A stretch of DNA of 38,151 bases, taken from IMG/VR virus record IMGVR_UViG_3300045988_161139, one strand, 5' to 3'. Made by a program: the position numbers and the translations under genes. The notes under the pieces were generated by a model. It did no database searches, was not told the DNA's origin, and saw only the letters and a program-made list of their open reading frames with translations. Numbering within the stretch: position 1 is the first letter of the stretch; every line of letters starts with the position of its first letter. This document shows, piece by piece, positions 1 to 6,754 of this stretch. Source of the stretch: a virus.

Positions 1-52
1 ACTCCTCGTAGTCCCTCCGCAACTCCTCGTAGTCCCTCCGCAACTCCTCGTA
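1..52. repeat. 21-bp tandem repeat (CGCAACTCCTCGTAGTCCCTC)n, about 2.5 copies, identical to the repeat at the window end
   Basis: Direct reading: actcctcgtagtccctccgcaactcctcgtagtccctccgcaactcctcgtagtc. The prefix of the window matches the suffix for 5, 26 or 47 nt. Confidence 0.9.
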
Positions 53-712
53 GTCTCGGCACAGATACTCGCTGTTGGGCCGATCGCCGTTGAAGAGGTT
101 GCGAAGACGTTCATAATTCTCTCGGGTCGGCAAATCCCATTGTGAGCCGCGCGTGAACCAATGTCCGGCCATGTGGGTATGCAGGGCATCGTTGACACGC
201 TTCGGTGTGAAGCCTGCCCGTTCCATTTCCGAGATCATATAATCTACCAGAGGCTTCATGCACCGTGTCCGGCACATCCCCTGTTCGTATTCGAATACAC
301 GCAGCATTTTCCGAGCCTCACCTTCCCGAATCTCAGGCCTCGACTCATAAAGTATGAATCGTTCTGCATTAGGAATGAATTTACGCGATATTGCTGCGTT
401 TTGTATTTTCCCCCAACCGTTCGACTTATTCCATGTGCAGCTATTTAAAAACAGAAACATAGTGTCAAGGATCACCTGCGTATATGCGATTCGATTATCG
501 GAGCCCCACCAGATCAGCGTACCGTTGTCTTTCAATAAACGCCGGCACTCTTCACCCCAGCGGCGTACATTGTTCAGGTAATCGTCGAACGTCGGCCATA
601 CGAAATCGAAATCGCCTTTGTACTGGAAATAGGGCGGGTCGGCGATAATCAAGTCGGCACAATGGTCGGGAAGGCAATTTTCCTCAAACCGACAGTTGAT
701 AATTTCATTCAT
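1..712 (-). CDS. DNA N6-adenine/N4-cytosine methyltransferase, N-terminal part (gene wraps across the window junction and continues at 38151..37782)
   Basis: Minus-strand translation from the ATG at 712: MNEIINCRFEENCLPDHCADLIIADPPYFQYKGDFDFVWP..., with the DPPY catalytic motif. It runs to position 1 without a stop and ends ...EYLCRDYEELRRDYEELRRDYEE, in frame with the RRDYEEL repeat that opens ORF 37782..38147. Confidence 0.8.
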   Translation of the reverse strand, partial: MNEIINCRFEENCLPDHCADLIIADPPYFQYKGDFDFVWPTFDDYLNNVRRWGEECRRLLKDNGTLIWWGSDNRIAYTQVILDTMFLFLNSCTWNKSNGWGKIQNAAISRKFIPNAERFILYESRPEIREGEARKMLRVFEYEQGMCRTRCMKPLVDYMISEMERAGFTPKRVNDALHTHMAGHWFTRGSQWDLPTRENYERLRNLFNGDRPNSEYLCRDYEELRRDYEELRRDYEE

Positions 713-727
713 AAAAAACAATTTTTG

Positions 728-798
728 CCGCGCCGGCAGGATTCGAACCTGCGATTTCACCTCCAAAGGGTGACGTGTTGCCCCTACACCACGGCGCA
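728..798 (-). tRNA. tRNA-Gln (anticodon TTG)
   Basis: Minus strand: TGCGCCG-TG-GTGT-AGGGGCA-ACAC-G-TCACC-CTTTGGA-GGTGA-AATC-GCAGG-TTCGAAT-CCTGC-CGGCGCG-G. The cloverleaf has a 7-bp acceptor stem (U1-G72 wobble), 4-bp D stem, 5-bp anticodon stem with loop CUUUGGA (anticodon UUG) and a canonical GGTTCGAATCC T-arm. No CCA is encoded. The 3' end lies 15 nt upstream of the methyltransferase ATG. Confidence 0.8.
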
Positions 799-1029
799 TT
801 GGATTCATTTGTCCCGGTGGTCCTTGCCGCTCGTGTCGTCGCAGCTTCGGAGCCTATGCCGGTTTGTTGCGCTTCGGCTATTCGCCGTCGCGGGGCTGTC
901 TCTTCGAGTCTTGCCCACGACCCGCCGATTTGGGTATTATCGGCCTACCCGATACTCTTTCTGCCCTTGCGGGCTGGGGTGATTTTGCCAGAGCACCAAA
1001 CCCCTCACCTCTGCGGGTGGCTATCGTTG

Positions 1030-1149
1030 TGGTGTAGGCAGGATTCGAACCTGCACGACTGCTTTCCGAGGAGCGTCCTCCGCAACTTGCGTTGCCCGAC
1101 CACTATCAGCCCATCTTTTTGTGTGCGTCTACCATTCCGCCACTACACC
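1030..1149 (-). ncRNA. Aberrant 120-nt tRNA-like element: perfect acceptor stem, tRNA-Leu/Tyr-like D-arm and canonical T-arm, but no recognisable anticodon arm
   Basis: Minus strand: GGTGTAG-TG-GCG-GAATGGTAGA-CGC-A...(about 65 nt containing hairpins GCAAC-GCAA-GTTGC and GAGGA-CGC-TCCTC)...GCAGG-TTCGAAT-CCTGC-CTACACC-A. The 7/7 acceptor pairing, GG-containing D-loop and T-arm are tRNA hallmarks. It is too long for a standard tRNA and no 5-bp stem with a 7-nt loop was found in the middle. Confidence 0.5.
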
Positions 1150-1258
1150 ATTTGCCGGTCTTTCCCGGCCGTCATCCTGCTGCGAGCCTCACGGCGGACT
1201 GCAAGGAATCATCACACTGATTGCCTATGCGCATTGGAGGCGCGCAAACCTTTGCCAA

Positions 1259-1323
1259 GCCCCGAAGCCGCAAAACACCCTTCTCTCAAAAACTCTAATC
1301 ATGAACACCTCCGGCTTCGGGGC
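1259..1323. other. 12-bp perfect inverted repeat (GCCCCGAAGCCG ... CGGCTTCGGGGC) with a 41-nt spacer, 5 nt downstream of the stop of the 1328..1603 gene
   Basis: Read directly: 1259..1270 gccccgaagccg and 1312..1323 cggcttcggggc are reverse complements. Confidence 0.6.
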
Positions 1324-1327
1324 GCTC

Positions 1328-1603
1328 TCATTTCAATCCTGCCCCGTCGATCTTCTCGGCTTTCAGGAGCGCTTCGACTTCGAGCCGGCTGAACAGTATC
1401 GCAGAGTTTTTAGCCGCTCCGGCCTTTATTCCCTGGATATTCTTCCGCTTGATATGATAGTCGAGCCAGTCGTTGGGATAGCTCTCGTACAATTTCCGAC
1501 GTGTCATCATGTCCGACTTCGGAGCATTACGACGGCACACGGCCAAAGCCACGAGATCGGCCGATTCGATCAGCGCATTCTGTATATCTCGGATGTTCAT
1601 CAT
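1328..1603 (-). CDS. Hypothetical small protein, possible HTH/excisionase-like DNA-binding protein
   Basis: 91-aa ORF. The C-terminal ...IKAGAAKNSAILFSRLEVEALLK loosely resembles the HTH_17/Xis family. It is the first gene of the minus-strand stretch upstream of the tRNAs and methyltransferase. Confidence 0.4.
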   Translation of the reverse strand: MMNIRDIQNALIESADLVALAVCRRNAPKSDMMTRRKLYESYPNDWLDYHIKRKNIQGIKAGAAKNSAILFSRLEVEALLKAEKIDGAGLK

Positions 1604-1749
1604 TCACAAAATTTTGCATTATGACAAAGATTCAAATTCGCGTCAGAATACGCATTCGCGCAACTGTAAGAACTTCGGTTCGAACGGTATACCGATAGCT
1701 TCTGACCGTGATATGGCGGGCAATTTCCGCCCTCTCTAAATTTCTCCTG

Positions 1750-1962
1750 TCATCTGCTGTTATTCTCAGGATCGTTTGTATCAATGAATTTTATCCGATA
1801 TTTTAGTTCAAGGTATTGGATATATGGGTCTTTATAATCATTATTCAAAAACATCGGGAATGAGCGGATCAAATAATACATAACGAAGATTGCAAATACC
1901 GCAAAACACACCGATAGCAAACACGCTGAACACATCAATATTCTAAGAGCGAAGATTTCCAT
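1750..1962 (-). CDS. Small hydrophobic (membrane) protein, hypothetical
   Basis: 70-aa ORF with a long hydrophobic segment LLSVCFAVFAIFVMYYLI in an AT-rich region. Confidence 0.35.
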   Translation of the reverse strand: MEIFALRILMCSACLLSVCFAVFAIFVMYYLIRSFPMFLNNDYKDPYIQYLELKYRIKFIDTNDPENNSR

Positions 1963-1973
1963 AAGACCAATTT

Positions 1974-2276
1974 TTATTCACGCACCCACCTGATTTTGGT
2001 GTTCTCGAATCCCCCGCGTTCACGAGCCATTCGGCGGATGCGATCCGGCTGTTCGCCATAGGTAGGGTATGTGAGATTCAATGCGTTATTTACAGTGTCA
2101 ACCGTACACCCCAGCTCTGCGGCGATCTCCTTCTTTATCGCTGGCGCAACATCGATGAATCGGATCTTCTTTTTGGTCAGTTTGTTTGTAATCTCTTGAT
2201 TCTTCATTATATTTGCATCTAATATTATTCGTTCGGTTATCGAAACGGTTACCGTTCTATGAACTTGACAATGCAA
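1974..2276 (-). CDS. HTH DNA-binding regulator (start more likely at the internal Met, 2207)
   Basis: ...EIAAELGCTVDTVNNAL... is a helix-turn-helix signature. The alternative start MKNQEITNK at 2207 sits immediately beside a TATATTTG box. It is divergent from the plus-strand regulators. Confidence 0.55.
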   Translation of the reverse strand: MHCQVHRTVTVSITERIILDANIMKNQEITNKLTKKKIRFIDVAPAIKKEIAAELGCTVDTVNNALNLTYPTYGEQPDRIRRMARERGGFENTKIRWVRE

Positions 2277-2281
2277 ATATA
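2208..2281. promoter_or_regulatory. Switch region: two inverted copies of TATATTTGCAT (Bacteroidota -7 box TAnnTTTG) forming face-to-face promoters, with the palindromes AACGGTTACCGTT and TTCGGTTATCGAA between them
   Basis: 2208..2218 tatatttgcat on the plus strand and 2271..2281 atgcaaatata (its reverse complement) on the minus strand. A further copy, ttgcaaatata, lies at 2846..2856 in minus orientation. Confidence 0.5.
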
Positions 2282-2348
2282 CAAGATAATTTTGTTAATA
2301 CAAGTATATTTTGATAGAATTTTTTTATGATATATAATAGATGTATAA

Positions 2349-2738
2349 ATGGAAGAGAAGGATATAACTCTTGCGGATATGATTCTGTCCAGTTTAATGT
2401 CAGAAAGCGAACACATTATGCTCTATGTCATACACGAGAAAGCAACAGACGAAGCCCAAGCCCAACGTGTAATATTGTCTCTCTGTTCTTATGGTGCGGC
2501 ACATGAGACCGACATACACTTAGAAAAGACTGACAAAACAGCCAACCTTATAGCACTTGGAGGAGCGCGGTATATCTACGAACAAGAGCGCCTTAAAGAA
2601 AGATATAACAAATTATCAATGTTAGATATAGAATTGTCGATACAAGAAAAGAGACGAAATAAATGGTTGTCTATTAGCGCAATATTAATCTCTTTTGTTG
2701 CACTTGTTATTTCTATTGTGAGTCTTTTCGTATCGTGA
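2349..2738 (+). CDS. Hypothetical protein with a C-terminal transmembrane helix
   Basis: 129-aa ORF. The C-terminal WLSISAILISFVALVISIVSLFVS is hydrophobic. It sits in the lysogeny-side plus-strand arm. Confidence 0.45.
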   Translation: MEEKDITLADMILSSLMSESEHIMLYVIHEKATDEAQAQRVILSLCSYGAAHETDIHLEKTDKTANLIALGGARYIYEQERLKERYNKLSMLDIELSIQEKRRNKWLSISAILISFVALVISIVSLFVS

Positions 2739-2834
2739 TAAAAAGTCATCTACATTGGAAAACCAATCTATATATACCGCATAGCATGAGCATGCGAAAG
2801 CAATTAATGACAATATAACGCAGAGGACTTTCAT
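2685..2834 (-). CDS. Possible small secreted or membrane protein (internal start of track ORF 2685..2894)
   Basis: MKVLCVILSLIAFACSCYAVY... is signal-peptide-like. A TATATTTGCAA box on the minus strand lies at 2846..2856, just upstream. It overlaps the 3' end of 2349..2738, so it remains uncertain. Confidence 0.25.
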   Translation of the reverse strand: MKVLCVILSLIAFACSCYAVYIDWFSNVDDFLSRYEKTHNRNNKCNKRD

Positions 2835-2868
2835 AGTATTGCAAATATAATAGAAAATTCGATCAAAT

Positions 2869-3297
2869 ATGTTGACGGGACAAAATAAAATCAATTTAAT
2901 ATTAGATCACGTAGGCATTAAAGCCCCTACGTTTGCTAAACATGTCGGGGTTAAATATCAGCGGATATTAGATATTCAAAACGGAAAGGTTAAAAACATC
3001 TCTGCTGAGGTAGCAAGCCGCATTATAGACGTTTATCCACAGTTCAACATTGAATGGCTTCTCACCGGCGAAGGTGAGATGTTGAATTCCGAAACGAAAG
3101 AACCTAACTCAAACGAAGAAGATATGCAAATGAAAGAATTAATCGCAGCTTTCCGCGAGAACCGTGAGATGTTGGCCGAAGCGTTGGATCAGAACTCGCG
3201 GCTCATCGGCGTGATCGAGCGGATGCAGGGGATAGACCGCTCTGCGACAGGAGTTCAAAAATCCCCCCCCCACGTATTTCGCACAGAAACCGAGTAA
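2869..3297 (+). CDS. XRE-family HTH transcriptional regulator (cI-like repressor candidate)
   Basis: An N-terminal HTH region followed by the motif ...NIEWLLTGEGEML..., which recurs in Bacteroidota phage-repressor-like HTH proteins. It is positioned between the switch region and the integrase-side accessory genes. Confidence 0.6.
   Translation: MLTGQNKINLILDHVGIKAPTFAKHVGVKYQRILDIQNGKVKNISAEVASRIIDVYPQFNIEWLLTGEGEMLNSETKEPNSNEEDMQMKELIAAFRENREMLAEALDQNSRLIGVIERMQGIDRSATGVQKSPPHVFRTETE
3263..3271. repeat. Poly-C homopolymer (9 C) inside the 3' end of the regulator gene
   Basis: aaaatcccccccccacg read directly. Confidence 0.9.
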
Positions 3298-3430
3298 ATT
3301 TCGATTGCAATAAGGAATACGATAAAATCATTTATTTATACAACAAACGGGTAAAACCGAGTTGAAATAGCCGTAGCAACGAAATAAAAAGTTATTATTT
3401 TTGTTGTACTACAATTAAAACACGTTTATC

Positions 3431-3871
3431 ATGTCTTATCCGGTATTAGCGATTGCAAACAAGTTGTTAGCCAGTGCTACCGACTACGACGGCGGAGAAC
3501 TCATGTCGAACATGAAGCTGCAAAAGATGCTTTACTATCAGCAAGGGTATCATTTAGCCGCATTCGGTACTCCCCTGTTCGATGAAGACATTGAAGCGTG
3601 GATGTACGGGCCTGTTGTTCCGTGCGTCTACGACCACTTCAAGAAGTTCGGCGCGGGCGGTATCGAACCCGAAACGGATCAACCTCTCATGCTATCGGAC
3701 GAGGAAGAATCGCTCTTTCAAGATGTGTTTACCGCCTATATTAATTTTTCAGCCTTAGGGCTTATGGAAAAAACGCACGGCGAAACTCCGTGGCGCACGA
3801 CTCCTACGGGTGTCGGTCATGTGATCGGCAAGGATAAGATGCGGGATTTTTTCCACAAGCAGTTAGCGTAA
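3431..3871 (+). CDS. Panacea-domain (DUF4065, SocA/PanA-like) protein, putative antitoxin
   Basis: MSNMKLQKMLYYQQGYHLAAFGTPLFDEDIEAWMYGPVVPCVYDHFKKFG matches the DUF4065/Panacea core (KLQKLLYY ... AW..GPV ... Y). Confidence 0.75.
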   Translation: MSYPVLAIANKLLASATDYDGGELMSNMKLQKMLYYQQGYHLAAFGTPLFDEDIEAWMYGPVVPCVYDHFKKFGAGGIEPETDQPLMLSDEEESLFQDVFTAYINFSALGLMEKTHGETPWRTTPTGVGHVIGKDKMRDFFHKQLA

Positions 3872-3886
3872 CCGGCTGCAACGACA

Positions 3887-4267
3887 ATGAGCGTCAAGAA
3901 ACAAAGTCCGGCACAAAGCTACATCGGGAAGGATAGCCGCATATCCTTCGGATTTGGCCACCTTCACGATGTGAGCTATACCGATTGCAAACAGCCGACT
4001 TTCTTCATCGATTTCTTACAACGGTTGAAGAAGATATGCTGTGTCGATTGGAATACCGTCAATACATCCCAACGGCACGCATTCGGATGGGAGAAGATTT
4101 CGATCGGTTCCATTAAGAGAAAAAAATTGAATTTGACACGCGACGTCGGGTTTCTGATGGCTTTTCGTGCCACTGGAGACAATCATGTATTTTTGGGATT
4201 CCGGGAAGGAAATGTGTTTCAAGTGGTATTTGTCGAATCAAGTTTCGGCGACATTTACAATCATTGA
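3887..4267 (+). CDS. Hypothetical 126-aa protein, candidate toxin partner of the Panacea antitoxin
   Basis: It starts 16 nt after the Panacea gene on the same strand. I recognise no family for it. Confidence 0.5.
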   Translation: MSVKKQSPAQSYIGKDSRISFGFGHLHDVSYTDCKQPTFFIDFLQRLKKICCVDWNTVNTSQRHAFGWEKISIGSIKRKKLNLTRDVGFLMAFRATGDNHVFLGFREGNVFQVVFVESSFGDIYNH

Positions 4268-4317
4268 TACTGAGATTCCGATTTTGATTTTTTTGCCACC
4301 CGTATTGCAATATAATC

Positions 4318-4839
4318 TTGTATAACATGAAATATAATTGCATTATAATTTATTTGCTCCTATTTTTGATTTCGATTAGTGCGATCAGTTGCGAAAAGGA
4401 GACTGTCATCACTATATCCAACGAATCCTTCGAAGAGTATTTTCCGTATCATGAAAATGGGAAATCATATAATGAACCTTTTCGATATGTAGGAGAAGAT
4501 AAGAATGGCGACCCTATATGGAGATCATTATATGAAATTGAGGAATCCATCAATCGGTGTACAATTGAATTTAGTAATAAAAATCATTACATAAATTTTG
4601 GAGAAATTCCGTCTCTGTCCATATTACAAGAATGGAATTATTTAAAAGAGCGACCGCAAGACTATGGAGTTGACGCATTCCATATTGTTGCCTATTTCAC
4701 CTTTACCTATGAAAATATAGATGGGAATTATTATATAAAGAATTACCACTACACTACAGATGCTCGCATATTCGGAATGAACTATCTTGAATTCGATTCT
4801 TCGAACGGAAAAATCGGCAGGTGGGTTCATAAAAAGTAA
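4318..4839 (+). CDS. Lipoprotein (likely start MKYNCIII..., 4327), moron
   Basis: Signal peptide plus lipobox ...LLLFLISISAISCEKE. Strongly AT-rich codon usage, unlike the rest of the genome. Confidence 0.55.
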   Translation: MYNMKYNCIIIYLLLFLISISAISCEKETVITISNESFEEYFPYHENGKSYNEPFRYVGEDKNGDPIWRSLYEIEESINRCTIEFSNKNHYINFGEIPSLSILQEWNYLKERPQDYGVDAFHIVAYFTFTYENIDGNYYIKNYHYTTDARIFGMNYLEFDSSNGKIGRWVHKK

Positions 4840-4900
4840 TGTGATAGATGTGGATGATGGGGTTGTAATGCTATTAATCTAAACTTTAAAACTATAAGAT

Positions 4901-5296
4901 ATGGAAGATTTTTTTGTAATGATGCTAATTGTATGGGCGGTGGGTATCTTGTCAATTATATTATTCTTCAAATTATGGAGGATGACAAATGACATTAAGA
5001 AGATTTGCATTTCTGTGGCAAAAGAACCGCAACGAGGCCGAAATTGGATGGTTTCTACGATGCTGATGAAAGGCGAGTCTCCAGAAATGATAAGTAAATA
5101 TTTAATTGAATCTTTTTCAGAGGATATTCATAGACTATACAAAGTTGGATATACGGAACAGGCGTTTACCCAATATGCAAACGCAAAAATCACCCAATAT
5201 AAAAAGTTATATGAGTTAATTGGAATAGAGATGCCAGATAGTATACAAAATGCAAATACAATCACAAAAGTAAAAACCATTTTTCATCAAGGATGA
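4901..5296 (+). CDS. Small membrane-anchored protein; paralogue of 15721..15972
   Basis: N-terminal MEDFFVMMLIVWAVGILSIILFFKLWRMTNDIKK aligns with MADIYAIIGIVMLIFGILQIVLFFKLWGMTNDVRR of the 15721 gene. Confidence 0.55.
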   Translation: MEDFFVMMLIVWAVGILSIILFFKLWRMTNDIKKICISVAKEPQRGRNWMVSTMLMKGESPEMISKYLIESFSEDIHRLYKVGYTEQAFTQYANAKITQYKKLYELIGIEMPDSIQNANTITKVKTIFHQG

Positions 5297-5357
5297 TAAC
5301 GCTTGTCTCGACTCTCCGGCAGGCTTATCCCTTGCGATAGCATTTTAACAATACCTC

Positions 5358-5945
5358 ATGGAACTGCAACCCATCCAAAGCAAGATATACGAAATCCGGG
5401 GCCAGCGTGTGATGCTGGACTTCGATCTGGCGGAACTCTACCAAGTGGAGACCCGAACACTCAAACAGGCGGTACGACGCAATATTGAGCGTTTCGAAGG
5501 CGACGATTTTATGTTTGAACTCTCGGATAACGAGTATAACGCATTGAAAGACAGAATAAGGTCACAAAATGTGATCTTAGAAATCGACGGACGAGGCAAG
5601 TATCCCAAATATCCGCCCTTTGCCTTTACGGAAATGGGGGTTGCAATGCTTTCGAGCGTGTTGCGCAGTGAGACAGCCATACGGGTAAATAGGGCTATTA
5701 TGCGGGCTTTCGTAGCGATGCGCAACTACATCATGACCACGACGACAGTAACGGCAGAATTGGCCGAAATTCGGGCACGGCTGGCGTTGTTGGAGCAGAC
5801 AGGCAAGGACAACGCCGAAGCGGTCAGCGATCTATCGGAGGATATGCGTAAGGAGCTCGACAATATCTACGAGGCAATTGCGGCACTCTCCGTGAAGGTT
5901 CCGCAGGCACGCAAATCTCCTCAGCCAATCGGGTTCAAAAAATAG
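5358..5945 (+). CDS. ORF6N-domain protein (antirepressor/Bro-N-like)
   Basis: IRGQRVMLDFDLAELYQVETRTLKQAVRRNIERFEGDDFMFELS is the ORF6N signature. The C-terminal half is coiled-coil. Confidence 0.75.
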   Translation: MELQPIQSKIYEIRGQRVMLDFDLAELYQVETRTLKQAVRRNIERFEGDDFMFELSDNEYNALKDRIRSQNVILEIDGRGKYPKYPPFAFTEMGVAMLSSVLRSETAIRVNRAIMRAFVAMRNYIMTTTTVTAELAEIRARLALLEQTGKDNAEAVSDLSEDMRKELDNIYEAIAALSVKVPQARKSPQPIGFKK

Positions 5946-6078
5946 ACAGATTATACTTGATCGATGCAGATGTTATCCTAATGTTGTTCGAATATTTTCG
6001 AATAAATATCGTAAACATTTAGTAAACAGCAAATAAAATAATTGTTTATAACAGCCTTCTAATGAAGAACTCGGACAA
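5946..6078. other. AT-rich intergenic region upstream of the recombinase; candidate attP/regulatory region
   Basis: 133 nt of low GC, with TTCGAAtattTTCGAA and TGTTTATAACA symmetric elements. Its position relative to int (between the int side and the lysis/tail end) matches a lambda-like attP location. This is inference only. Confidence 0.3.
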
Positions 6079-6741
6079 ATGAATATTCTGGGCAACCCTT
6101 TCAGAAACTTGCGCCTCGAAACACCCGCGCCGACGGCCAAACGAGCCATCTCCGCGGAGTCGATACAGCAGATAATCGACTTGCCGCCACTCGCCAACGA
6201 ACGCGCTCGGATGGCGCGGGATTGCTTCCTCCTGTCGTTCGCACTGATGGGGATGAACAGCGCCGATCTGCTGACCTGCCCGCCGGCCAGGAAGGACGAA
6301 ATCGTGTATTTCCGGCAAAAAACCGCATCCCGCCGCACGGACCGTGCAGAAATGCACGTTCGGATAGAGCCGTGCGTCAGCCCTTTGATCGCTCGCTATT
6401 CGGATAAGACGGGGAAACGATTGCTTCACTTCTACCTCCGCTACAAAGATCGCGTGTCATTCAACAAAGCGATCAACAAAGGCCTGAAAGATGTCGGCGA
6501 GGCGATAGGCGTCGATGGCCTGACGTTCTACGCTGCGCGGCACTCCTGGGCAACCATAGCGCGGACTCCCCGAGAGGAGGGCGGAGCCGGACTGGACAAA
6601 TACGTGATTCATGAAGCGTTGAATCACGTTGACACATCCATGAAAGTCACCGATATTTACCTCGTGAAAAACTGGCGTGTCATTTTCGACGCCAACAAAG
6701 CCGTAATGAATCTTTTCGATTGGAGCGGAATCGGGAAATAA
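6079..6741 (+). CDS. Tyrosine site-specific recombinase/integrase (catalytic domain only, 220 aa)
   Basis: ...YAARHSWATIAR... (box II H-x-x-R) and ...HEALNHVDTSMKVTDIYLV (H...Y) are catalytic motifs of tyrosine recombinases. No N-terminal core-binding domain is encoded upstream. Confidence 0.7.
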   Translation: MNILGNPFRNLRLETPAPTAKRAISAESIQQIIDLPPLANERARMARDCFLLSFALMGMNSADLLTCPPARKDEIVYFRQKTASRRTDRAEMHVRIEPCVSPLIARYSDKTGKRLLHFYLRYKDRVSFNKAINKGLKDVGEAIGVDGLTFYAARHSWATIARTPREEGGAGLDKYVIHEALNHVDTSMKVTDIYLVKNWRVIFDANKAVMNLFDWSGIGK

Positions 6742-6754
6742 TTCCGGCAACGAG

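Noticed and set aside
1030-1149. tmRNA or a group I intron-containing tRNA as an explanation for the 120-nt tRNA-like element
   Set aside because: It is far too short for tmRNA (about 350 nt), which also has no coding tag region. Bacterial group I introns are longer than 200 nt. It is left as unresolved tRNA-like.
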